64,000 bases of DNA from Tubiluchus corallicola. Its lineage: Eukaryota; Animalia; Priapulida. A model generated the notes under the pieces. The model saw nothing but the letters and a program-made list of their open reading frames with translations, did no database searches and had not been told where the DNA came from. Made by a program: the position numbers and the translations under genes. The stretch is from NCBI GenBank assembly GCA_030141605.1, contig JAQGDQ010000082.1, positions 1-64,000 on the forward strand. The letters are read 5' to 3'. Positions 42,039-54,408 of this stretch are shown piece by piece. Every line of letters starts with the position of its first letter. Within the stretch, counting starts at the first letter, position 1.

Positions 42039-44157
42039 AAACACCAATGCCAAAAGAAAAGTCCAAAAGGAGCTCAGAGCCATGCAGGACTCCTGGCTAA
42101 GTGCAAAAGCTGACCAAATTCAAACCTTCGCAGACAGAAAGGATCAAAAGAACTTTTATCAGGCTATCAAAGCTATTTACGGACCGCCCAAGTCTGGCAC
42201 AACACCAATTCTTAGTGCCGATAGATCAACCCTTCTCACTGAAAATGATAAGATTCTCCAACGCTGGGCTGAACATTTCAACATCATTCTAAATCGACCA
42301 TCCTCAATAAATGACGAGGCCATAGAAAGACTACCCCAAGTCCCTATCAACAGATCTCTTGAAAATCTCCCATCAGAGAAAGAGGTAGAGAAAGCCATAA
42401 AGAGCCTGTCCAGCGGCAAAGCACCCGGAGCTGACTCCATCCCAGCTGAAATATATGCAAACGGCGGCCCTAAACTACAGACAAAACTGACGGAGCTGTT
42501 CCAATTTATGTGGAAACAAGAAAAACTACCGCAGGACTTCAAAGATGCCACAATCATCCACCTCTATAAGCGGAAAGGAAACAGACAGCAGTGCGACAAT
42601 CACAGGGGCATCTCACTCCTATCGATTGCTGGCAAAATCCTGGCAAGAATTCTTCTAGATCGTCTCAACACACACCTAGAGAAAGATCTTCTACCTGAAA
42701 GTCAGTGTGGATTTAGACAGGGACGCAGCACAGTTGATATGATCTTTGCAGTGCGGCAGCTGCAAGAAAAATCCAGAGAACAACATGTCAACCTACTGAC
42801 AACCTTCGTTGACCTCACTAAGGCCTTCGACACCGTGTCTCGCGAAGGACTCTGGAAAATCATGGCTAAATTTGGATGCCCTGACAAGTTTATAAAGCTG
42901 ATCAGAGAATTCCATGATGGTATGCAAGCGACAGTTCAGGACAACGGGAAATATTCAGACCCATTCGCAGTCTCCAACGGCGTAAAACAGGGCTGTGTGC
43001 TGGCACCGACTCTCTTCAGCATGATGTTCTCCGCAATGCTCACCGATGCATACAGAGACAGGAATGTCGGTATTGACATCCGTTACAGGACAGATGGAAA
43101 ACTTTTCAATCTTCGCAGACTGCAGGCCAAGACCAAAGTCAAAGAAGACACCATCCGTGACCTCTTATTTGCAGACGACTGCGCTCTCAATGCCACCTCA
43201 GAGCAAGACATGCAGGAAAGTGTTAACCTCTTTGCACAGGCATGCGATGATTTTGGCCTCACTATTAACACAAAAAAGACAGAGGTCCTACTTCAGCCTG
43301 CCCCTGACAGCACATATGTAGAACCAACCATCACTATCAAAAATGAGAAACTGACGGCAGCCAACAAGTTCGTTTACTTGGGTAGCACCCTATCAAGATC
43401 AGCTACCATTGATGATGAAGCAGCCTTCAGAATATCAAGAGCCAGTGCAGCCTTTGGAAACCTAAGAACAACATGCTGGGAAAGACGAGGCATCAAGCTG
43501 TCAACTAAACTCAAAGTCTACAATGCTGTAGTCATTCCATCTCTGCTGTATGCCTGCGAGTCGTGGACAGTCTATAGTCGCCATGCCAGACAACTAAACT
43601 CCTTCCACCTGCGTTGTCTAAGACAACTCCTCAAGATCAGCTGGCAGGACTACATACCAGACACTGAAGTCCTCGAGAGAGCACAATCCATCAGTGTTCA
43701 TGCAATGCTTAAGGCAGCACAACTGAAATGGGCTGGTCATGTTCGACGTATGGAAGATCACAGACTGCCAAAGAGACTCATGTACTGCGAGCTGAAAGAA
43801 GGGCAACGGTCAGTTGGAGGGCAACGGAAAAGATACAAAGACACCCTCAAAGCCAGCCTGAAAGAATGCAACATCAATGTCGACTCCTGGGAAGATGTGG
43901 CACAGGAGAGATCACGTTGGCGGTCCCTCATCAAATCGGGAGTGAGCAACTATGAGTCCAGGCGCATCCAAGTTAGGCAGGAGAAAAGACAGCTTCGAAA
44001 AGACAGACAACGCAATGCCTATAAAGATACACCATTCTCATGTCCTCACTGCAGGAGGAGGTTCTCAGCAAAAATCGGGCTTATAAGCCACCTCCGTACC
44101 CATCCTATGGTGTCAGAATGAAGTCATGGTCCTCTTCGACTATGAAGGACGAACTAC
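42039..44157 (+). mobile_element. 5'-truncated RTE-clade (BovB-like) LINE with uninterrupted RT ORF and C-terminal C2H2 finger
   Basis: Motifs GKAPGADSIPAE, NHRGISLL, LPESQCGFR, FVDLTKAFDTV, GVKQGCVLAPTLF, LFADDC, WAGHVRRM and CPHC...HLRTH. A 12-bp TSD TAAACAGTCAAT lies at 42027-42038 and 44158-44169. Confidence 0.96.
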
Positions 44158-44268
44158 TAAACAGTCAATTTAATCTACTTATATGGGACATTTCTGTGCT
44201 GATTTTTGTGCAATAAACTATTTCGGTGCTATTAACTTCTATTGGAAACGTTTCTGTCATCACAGGTG

Positions 44269-44338
44269 CTATATATATATATATATATATACATATATAT
44301 GTATATATATATATATATACATATATATGTATATATAT
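44269..44338. repeat. Interrupted (TA)n microsatellite
   Basis: Directly visible. Confidence 0.95.
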
Positions 44339-44931
44339 GCTCGAACTTTTGACCCTTTTTAATTTGTTGGGTTCTTCCAATAGGTGTCGCAAGCGTTTTA
44401 TTGGTGTTTCACTTCAAATATCTCTATTTTTAATGTTGGCAAACATCTAGTACTTTTGTTCGACATCTGTTTTTTCGTATTTTTAAATCTTTGTTCAAAT
44501 TTTGATACCGAAATGATTATTTAAGGTCTAGATAGTACAAATCAGTGTAATTTTATCTGATGAAAGCTATAGGCCTATGTGTTCGTACAAAGGCTACGTT
44601 AATATCTGCAATAACTTTATCAAATATGTGTAAATTGCGAATATTGGTATCATAAACTTGTGTTCGTACTAGTACTATACCATGTTTAAGCGAAATTTGA
44701 ATGTGGCGTCGCTGGACGCGTGAAGTGATCTGGGGCCCCGCCAGGTATTACTCAGGTGTGTTTCCACGCATCGCTGATTACGCCGGGAAGCTGAGAACTT
44801 CAATAGATAGGTACAGCGTCTGTTAGGTTACCTTGGTTTGAACGTTTTCTAAGGATCGATTACACGACTATAAGGCTTACCGTACATGGAATTGCTGAGC
44901 AAGCGTTTGAAATGCTGTAAGAACAATCAAG

Positions 44932-47651
44932 ATGGATTCTAGATCTGTGATGATATTTCTTTCTGGATTGCTTATTGTAGTACTAGCACTTTTTACAAAC
45001 GGTAAGTATTTTGCCGGCTTATCAGAAAACCGTACTGTTAATGTTAATTTTCAAGCATATGTACATTTAGCCAATAGCAGGTAATTAAGATAGTTATTGC
45101 CTACATATTATAAGTACTAATAAATAATATGGGAGTAGGCTTATAATAATATAACTAAAATTTTAAAGCAGAATTATTTTGCTGTTTGTTGTAACAATGC
45201 AACAAAGCATTTTTCAAAATTCGAAACACAAACATAAAAAATAAGTTTACTGCCTGTGCTAAAACTAAAAGACGTGTTTTCTTTCTCAATTAAAAATTTG
45301 TGACGATTATTATTGCTGATTGAATAATAGGCGTTATATTTTGGCGGTATATAACAATATACCGCATTATATTGCAGTATCAGTAGAACAATTTCTGGAC
45401 ACTGGTTTGTATGGAAATTATAAGAACAGAGCAGTTCTTGATTAGCATAAACATACAAGATATAAGAAGTAAGGACAATTTATTTCACACATGCAAATCA
45501 AAAACGTACAATGTACAATGCTGACAATAATATTTGCTTAAGTGTGAGGGTAACTTCATGACTATAAGCAGTCTCAAGGAAGCTACCCTTCTATAAGGTG
45601 CATAAATTATAACAGTGGTGCGTGGTGTGTCATACAAAACTACAATTATTAACAATATTTGCATAGCATATACTATTATACTAATTAAGTATAATATAGA
45701 ATGTAATGGAATTGAAGAAACAGAATAAAAAAATTAAAATTAAATTGTCCCCAATGTGGTAATAATGAGTGTACAATATAATACAGAAAAAAGCAAAAAT
45801 ATCACAAATTATGCCTATTAGAAACAACTAATGTAAATGGAAATAAAATGGCAAAGAAGAAAATTCAGATTAAATTATTTTCAGTTTATTGTATTTTAAC
45901 TGAGTTGCTCGGTTGCAAAGTACTTTTATAAAAGGTCTATTTTTTGTATGATGCTGATTTTGTTCTTGTTCTTGTTATTCACGTAGTTGCAATAAATTAA
46001 TTGTCAGATTTTAGAGTTATTCCCTCTAAAAACTCACTTTACAGTTTTTAGAAACGGTCATGACAACAGCAATTAGTGTTCTAAATGATGTGTATATTAT
46101 CCAGGCAGTTTAGCAGAATATGCAAGTAATCCAATGTTTTTCATTCTGGACAAGTTTGGGCTATAACCTGCAAGTGAACTGCAAAACTTAACCTAAACCT
46201 AAAGATAATTTTGTATGCTGTTATTTCTCTTCAGGAGTTTTTAGTCTGAAGTGCTACGAATGTAATTCCCTTCTTGTAAACAACTGCTTTGATCCTTTTG
46301 ACAACAAGACTCACAAGATCGGAGAATGTTTAACATCCACAAGGGAGAGGCGTTTAGCACATTATGCAATACACAACGACCGGAGAGTTTTGCGTAACGA
46401 GTACCCTGTTTGTAGGAAAACTGTATTAAAAGGTTTGTCTCGCTTTTCACAGATTTCTTTTTATCTCCGGAGCCCTTGCACTTTTAAGCTGGATCATCTA
46501 AAAAAACGTTCACAAAATTAATTCGTAATCCTTCATCCTGGCAGAAGTTTTTGTAAAACAGACCCATATGGCTTTACTGCCATATAAACACAATTTCTTC
46601 TTTTTTCGAATAATGAAAAATTTCCCTTTAAGATTACCCATCAGTCTAGGTTAGGTCATTTTCTTCTAAACAGTCAACAGAGTTCTGGCAATGAATACTG
46701 TCACTTTTGAAAGTTTTACCTGCCATCCTTTGAGGAACACTGTGTGAAAAACATCCTAGCAGTGCTTGGTGGTTGTCCTGGAAGGCAATTTATACCTCTT
46801 TGTAGAGAGGAGAGACTAGTCTATATGGTGATGTGGATCTTTTGTAAATGACTCTACCAAGATGAAGGGCTGCAAGTTAGTTTGGAGGAACGTTTTTTCT
46901 GGGTGATTCTGTATAAGACAATCATTGCAATGTAAGGTATTAGGCTAACTGGTCAAGGAGACATAAGCATTTGATCTGCTTTAATCATTCTCAGACCTTT
47001 CAATTTTTTTCAAAATCTTTGGGATTGATCATTGATTTAGCCGAAGGCACATAGTATTCAGGTGACTACCGAAAAATTATTCGTGGGGTGATTTGGGTTT
47101 TCAAGTTATGCACTGGTTTTGTTGCCTAATTTAAGTGTTTAAGTGTTTTTCCATAATTGAATGTGGTCATTCAACTACATTTGAACTACAATGTACTGAA
47201 ATCATTTGTGCCGTAGTTATTCAATTCCAATTTTGCCAACTACAAATATATATATTTAGACAAACATAAATGTATATGTACTTATATTTACTGTAAAATA
47301 ATTATAATGTGTCACACCATTAACGTTGCGCGCAATGGCACTGTTCATAAGATAAATATGATAATATGAAATGCATTCGAATTTAATGCAATCTTTTTCC
47401 TTGTTGCAGTGGAAGATGACTACAGAATCATCAGAGATTGTGCTTGGCTTGTCGATGAAGTCATAGTGCACGAAAATGGCACACGGGAACCAAAACTTGA
47501 AAGTTGGCCATGTATAGACAGAGCTGGCACGTGGCACATAAAACAGCGTGTGTGCCATTGCACAACAGATGGATGCAATTCCTCCGGCCAAAATGTGTTG
47601 TCATTAACATTAATTGGGCTTGGACTGTTGCTGCCATTACTGTATCTGTGA
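44932..47651 (+). CDS. GPI-anchored Ly6/three-finger protein B (crooked-like), 169 aa; exons 44932-45001, 46235-46432, 47410-47651
   Basis: Signal peptide MDSRSVMIFLSGLLIVVLALFTNG; LKCYECNS...CFDPFDNKT...EC...VCRKTVLK / VEDDYRIIRDCAWL...CIDRAGTW...VCHCTTDGCN; hydrophobic tail. It has 10 Cys and phase 1-1 introns. Confidence 0.9.
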
Positions 47652-50600
47652 TGATGTGTAATTATTACCACGGACCTCAAGAGAAACTGCAGTTTTTGCA
47701 GACTTTGGCAATGTGCTCCATTTTGTACAGAGACATTGATTGGTACCAGTTTTTTATTCCCGGCACACATGATGCAAAATCTGTCTGCAATAACTTGTCT
47801 AACAGATTTTTGCTCTTCTGCGGCTGAATAAATTAATTAACTTTGTTACGTGCAGGTTTTTTCAGACAAACTCTTCCTGCTCTCGTGTGCATACAGGCTC
47901 GGTACAAAAATGTGTCAGACAAAATCATATCAGGTGAAAAAAAGCAATCGTTTAGTCATGCATCATTTGATTATTGTTATTGAGGTTACCTACGGCATAT
48001 ATTGCTTCTACATAAGTTGCCGTGTGCAGCTAGTGTTAGTGTGTGATCTATGATTTTAAGCACAGATATTTAATTTTATTTTCTTACTTTAATAAGAGTA
48101 AAGCCGTAGATATAATTTCTGAGATTCTCAGGTTTGCATGGTTTGTCATTTTTCATATGAAGAACTGCAGATTAACGTGTTGTATCTTTTGAGTCCTCAA
48201 GAAATAATAGTTCTAAAAGTTCTAAGCAAAGAATCAGAATGAGAAACAAATTGTAAATACTGTTTTATCAGTTTAAGTAACTGATTGCTGCTATGACATT
48301 GTTTCATTAAAATAAGATAAGATCAACCAGCTGACAGTAAATATACTGATCAAAAGAGAACCGTCCCATCGGTTTGTGATGCTATGTACCAATCAATTGT
48401 GCAGTGGGTTTTTGTAAAGTCTACAGAGCAATAATAATTGTATAAACTTTATATATTTTTATCCTTGCCTGATTGTAAATATTATCTTTTATACAGTTTC
48501 TAAAGTTTATTATGCTAGATTTATGTTTAGTGACTGATAGATAAACTAGCCATAGGTTCTAATAGCTTCAGTTAATTTTTATTTTTACTAAAGTACTGGG
48601 TGTTTTATGGGAATCACTAGTGGAACATTTTAAGATTTTTTTTGCTATTTCTCTAGTAACCTAGCAGAGGTCTAATTTTCATATCTGTTTATGCCTCGTC
48701 TATTGATATTTTTGTAACAAGTTGTATTCAATAGACCTCGTGTTTTCATTACAGCATGTGTACTTCCAATCTGGCCTAATGGTGATGTCCAGTTTTAACT
48801 GTTTTAGGTTGATCTCCGTCCAAACGTTTTTTTACATCGTTTACCTTTGCATAAATATCTGTAGTTTGTAGAGCTCTACGTATCACAAGTTGTCGCTGTT
48901 GCTACATTGAATATTATTGTAGGTGTGAGTCGACTCTATATCATCAAAACATTACCAGCTTTAAAGGAATACTTCTCCTTTTAATAGATGGCACCACCTT
49001 GTACATAATAATATCACCACTGGTGCTGATTTGAACCCTGCCATCTATTATAATTAATAATGATTCAATAAAAGCCAGTGATCTTTAACAGCATTTGAAA
49101 TTCGTGGTTTGGCTAAACGTCTGTTAATACTCTTGTATAATTCTTAGCCCTGTTTGTGTCTGTACTGTACATACGGAACCCGGAAAAGTTGGAGCTGCAA
49201 TGCCATGCTGCTTCTACTATTTGGTTTGGGTTTAGTACTGCAAGAGATTTAAGCTTTTGAAAATACTCATTAGAATGAGCACATATCTGTAAATATTTTC
49301 TATTAAAGCGCATAAGACTTTATCTGCAATGCATAATCTTTGTTTATATGTTAGAATCTCTCACTGAGTAACAGAAGAAGTGTGTCTTCACTGGGCTAAA
49401 TTAAAGTTAAATTCCCTTATTTAAGCTAAATAAAGCTATAGTTTCTGTGTTGAACCCCTTTTATATTAACTTTTTGTTACTAGTATTGGATAAACAGACA
49501 AAATTTACTCTTATTGGTCATTTCCAGTAACAAGCTTAATTATAAAGACACTGACTACATGGCTAATTGTAAGCCTTTTGCTTTGAGACACTGTCTTCCT
49601 GATAAAGGCAGTAGGCAGTTTTTGCAGATGGTCAAAGGACATAACAAAAGCCAACAATTTACATAGTTAAAGATATCTGTTTCCGATTAGTAGATGGATG
49701 ACGACCGTAGGCAATAAGCAATGTGTATGAGCCTGGTACAATATTTTTCGTTTTTGCTTTTTGTAAGCCCATACGTGTAATAAAAACATACATGAATGCC
49801 AGTCTTAGGAAGAAGACTATATATTACGACCCAGCATTACTACTGTTAATAAAAACTTGTTGGTATTATAATGACAGCTTCTGAATTACCATGTTAGTCA
49901 TTGTAAGTGTTCCAGTGGACACACGTTCCACATTTATTAGCAAACTTTATGTCTGTCACCTATATGTTAAAATAAGTCATCTTTTAAGAATAAAAATGTA
50001 CATATTTGACAAACTTGTGTGTTGTATACTCTATAGACTGCCTCGGTTACTAATTGTCGCTTTGCAAATTTTTTATATATTTTAAAATACATGATTTAGC
50101 ACAAATTAATTTTTACTAGCAAGAATAGTAACGATGAGCTGTCAAATCCCATAATAGAAAGGAAAGAAAAAACACGACGTTTCAGCCTACCACCGCAGCT
50201 AAAATTCAGGTCTGTCCTTCACCTATCGTCACGTTCTTTCTTTCTTCCTTGTTTTTAGTTATAAACTCTTAGTTATGTTTATGGACGTCATCTGCACGAC
50301 CGTTCTACCGTTTATGGTCAGTAAATAGCGTACACGGTGCATGGGTAGTGAGCCAGTGCAGGCCTGCAAAACAACAATGCCCAAATGATAATAAATCTCT
50401 GCTTTCTTTCGTCATTCAGCGCACCAACCAGTTTTCTAAGCTCGCAAGGGGTGGCGCCATGAACACTAAGCGTTCCATCCTTTGCTGCAAAATGAAGTCG
50501 CCGATTTGGAAAAACAAAATATTTGCTGTCATTAACTGCTTCTTAAAGTCTTTGCACGAATTCTGTAGGTGTAGACGACCATTTACGATTGACCCATAAA

Positions 50601-50776
50601 ATTTGAGGCATAGGTCTAATGTCGAAAGTGTCATCGATCTGATAACTGCCGTACTCCTATTGGCCAAAACACGCCAAACCCTTTTAACCTGATTTTACAG
50701 AGTCTATAATTGTAAATATACAATCTTTTACGTGTTGTAAACCATACCGGTTCAGTGTGCATGGAATCTTTTTAAG

Positions 50777-52149
50777 ATGGACTCTCAAGTAAAATGTCTT
50801 CACGCAGTTTTCTTCATTTTGGTAACGAGTTGTTCCTTGAGTGGTACGTATCATGTAAATTTGTTAATTTGTGTTTCAGACGTAGGCTCACGAAGGTTTG
50901 TTTTGTTTCAAAATATACGGCAGGATTTCTTCATTGTAATAAATCCACTGGAAAATGCAGCAGGATAGGTATAAGAATAACAGCATTCAATAGCTAACAC
51001 GACATTCATTCTGCTACTTTATGCCTCATGCATATTAAGCGACAAGCTGATGTACCACATGAGCCTTTTGGCTTCTCTTACACATTGCAGTAAGTTCATA
51101 AGCTGACGCAGACGAAGCGCCCTCTGTATAGGAATTTGCTCAGAGACAGAGTTAAAGCAGTTATTCTAAAAGTCTCTTAAATTTCATGACGCTGGTTATT
51201 TGAGTTTTTCAAACTTTATCATGCGCTTAATCATTACCATTTTTTCGTCAGGTACACGCTAAATACCTATTAATATATTTATTGCCACCAAATATCTTAT
51301 ATAGTCTATCAAATTTTAGCGCTGTTTGTTTTCCAATTACGTAACATTAGCGTACATGTTCCCAAGCTGCTTTTATTTAGGAAGTTCATGCAAATTTTGT
51401 CGCGTACTAATAACCAAATTCTATAACAGAAAGACTCAGTGATGCGTTTTGACACAGTTCTTGTGCGTGAAAACATACAGTTCAACTTTCCATTAATGAA
51501 AAAAATGTGTAGTAAATTGGTCATAGTCTATTAGGCTGCACAATGAGAAAGTTCAGTAAGCCTATAATTATAGACACGCTCTTGCAAACTGCAAAATACT
51601 GTAATTATCAGTATACAGTTATTTTGCAACTGTCAGGGTATAAATATGTATTTTTAGTGTATTCCGTATAGCTACATCGTGACTATATTATATAGAGACG
51701 ATAATCGGTTTTCCTCAAATGTCCCGTCCAGACTATAAGTCTTGTTTGCCGGATTTAGTTTCACAGTACTAGCTGTTTCGTGTTCCTGAATCTGAATTTA
51801 ATTATTTGTATTTGTAATATTAATGATTTTTTTGTAATTACCAGGATCTCACGCTCTGAAGTGCTTCTTTTGTAATTCGCAGACTGATGAAGCTTGTCGG
51901 GATCCTTTTGATGACAGAACTATGCCACTTACAGAATGTATGCGTGGAAACGCTAAACCCAACAGTTACCCGATCTGCAGGAAACTGGCTGATCTAAACA
52001 GTAAGATAGAGTTTTTGATGAATAACAATAATAGTATACACATTACAGTTAACAAATAGCAGTGTGCAATGCGTCTGTTTGCCCAGGATCAATGAAATTT
52101 GCAAAACATAAATGATAAACAGTAAACTCAGTTGGTTGAGAAAGGGAGA

Positions 52150-52182
<33 letters not shown>

Positions 52183-52699
52183 GCAGCGAGAGGTAGAGAG
52201 AGAGGAGAGAGAGAGAATGAGAAACAGAAAGAGGAGAGAGAGAAAGAGACAGAGACAGACAGAGAGAAGGAGAGAGAGAGAGCGCGCGGGAGTGGAGGAA
52301 TGGTTAAATGTACAGATAAAATGACATCGATAAAAATAAATGGCTGGGCAATTTTGGATCTTTATACCGCACAGGTTTAGAATACCGCACATAAAACTTC
52401 ATAAAAACGACGTGTTTTTTTTAGATAAGGGTGTCTATACAGTCATTAGAGACTGTGTTTGGTTAAGTCAAGCCAACAATACTCGAGACTGGATGCTACC
52501 GACCTGCAAACAAGAAATGACTAGTCACAGCACTTCTTGCATTTGTGCAACTACCGGATGCAATGGTTATAAGGTGCATCTGCCCACGTCGACAGAGGCA
52601 ACCCGGACCGAGGAAAGCAAATCGTATGCCAACATGCAGCAATCCGCGCCTTCTTATATGTTATTGTTATGTGTCACTGTTATGTTTTTATACAAGTAA
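50777..52699 (+). CDS. GPI-anchored Ly6/three-finger protein C (crooked-like), 165 aa; exons 50777-50843, 51845-52000, 52425-52699
   Basis: Signal peptide MDSQVKCLHAVFFILVTSCSLSG; LKCFFCNS...ACRDPFDDRT...EC...ICRKL / VIRDCVWL...TC...SCICATTGCN; S/T-rich stalk and hydrophobic tail. Confidence 0.88.
52145..52282. repeat. GA-rich microsatellite in intron 2 of Ly6 gene C
   Basis: Directly visible. Confidence 0.9.
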
Positions 52700-52912
52700 A
52701 TCAAATAAGATCTTGTCCTCACATTAGAGTTTCCTGTTGAATATGGAGATATTAATTATTGTCTCAGAAATTTATACAGTGAATTATTCTGTTTATAACA
52801 TTTCTAAAAGTTAACAGAAATTTTACCGTAATCGTTTGCAAATTATTGTTATTCGTGTTTAATTTTTTGTTTTACAAAATGTGACACTTCAGAACCCGTT
52901 TTCAACCCGTTC

Positions 52913-53180
52913 ACTAGAATGTGTCGCTCATAGTCACACAAACCAAAAGAGATCTGTAGAGTAGAGAGCACTCAGCTCAGATACGGGACTACATCCTCAC
53001 AAAAATCACTATGGGCAATAATTTATTCAACATTTTTTATCTTGTAACATCGACCTTTCACCTCTTTAGTAAAAAACTACACTGTGTCAAGTTTGGTGAT
53101 TATAGGTTCAGCTGTTTTGATTTTTTTTGTACGGACAGACACTCAGACAAACGCAGACAGACGACGGCATGTGAGTAACA
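52913..53180 (+). mobile_element. Non-autonomous Helentron/HINE-like repeat
   Basis: ACTAGA start, GAGCACTCAG, TGTGTCAAGTTTGGTGAT, a (CAGA)n-like tract CGGACAGACACTCAGAC and a terminal CGGCATGTGAGTAA. This architecture is typical of DINE-1/HINE-like invertebrate repeats. Confidence 0.5.
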
Positions 53181-54408
53181 AAGGGCATAAGACTTATTAT
53201 AGTATGATCGCCTGAATTTGTGACCGTTATCTATTAATAAGTGTGACAAATGTGGTACATGCATGTGTGTGTATTTCATAAGGTGCCTCTCTGGGCGATG
53301 CTGATACTTAGCATAACTGTCAGCCTGAGGAGTCCTCACGTCACACCAAGTCGTTGTTAATACATGATGATGCGCGTTTTAAGGATTTTATCTTATGTTA
53401 TGAGTGAAGCATAAAAGTATGACGTTTCAGTTATTTTAAACAGACACTTTTTATTGAGTCATTTTTTAATGCATAGGCCTAAAGATAGGAGGCCTATAAA
53501 GGCCTACGTGTGCGAGTAATGCGTTAATAAATTCACAAGAATTGTAATAATTATTATATCGCGTAAGACACCAGACGGGTACAGTGACGTTATGAACAAT
53601 TTGACACTCTCGTGATTTCTTTTTTTAATTATAGCAGAATAAAAGCCTCTTATATCCGATGAATTTAGACAATTAAAAGGCAAAAAATAAACAACTGAAT
53701 AAATTGTTGTATGAAATATTAACTTTAATATTGTGTTGTGTTCGGTTTTTTACAAGTAAGTAGGTTCACACGTTTCGTTTTCAAAAGTTACTTTTATACG
53801 ATGTCATCGGAATTTAGTTAACGAAAAACAATTTTCAAGTTTTATCGTATATTTTAATTTATAATATATTATGTGCATGCAGCCTGGTTGTTGTAGAAGT
53901 CTAAAGTGAGCCACCTTTTTTACACAATAGTATTTTTTTAATTCTACGTAATTTAGATGCAGTATAAGCACAATTATTTATTTCGAAAATCTAGCTTTAT
54001 ACTTTTCCTAAAACAAATGTGTCGTCCCTATATGTTTTAATTTATTTTCCTTGTACCTTTAATTTGTAATCATGTTCCCGGTTACTTTACTTTGCGGAAA
54101 AGCTACCGTGTGGCGCTGCAGTCTTACAGGTAGATACATTCATCTGGGAAACAGGTAAGCTGAGCAGCAGAGCATGCATAATGTGGCGCATCAAGTATAA
54201 AAAAGATCCTTATTTAACTATGCAGGTTAACATATTTAAAATTACGTTCTATTTATAAATACAAGACGAATTATTTTCCTCGAACAACGCTTGTTACACT
54301 GATTGGGGCGCATGTCAAACTGAACAAAAGAGTGTTGAACACTTAGGGCACCCCGATGGTATCTGCCTCTGCACGTACAGCAATCACCAACTGCCATAAT
54401 GATTCAAC

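Noticed and set aside
51994-52392. ER/RE-rich and LS-rich ORFs
   Set aside because: GA microsatellite in intron 2 of Ly6 gene C.
53766-53812. Another hammerhead-like remnant (CCGATGA...CGAAAC on minus)
   Set aside because: The core is mutated and the stems are unconvincing.
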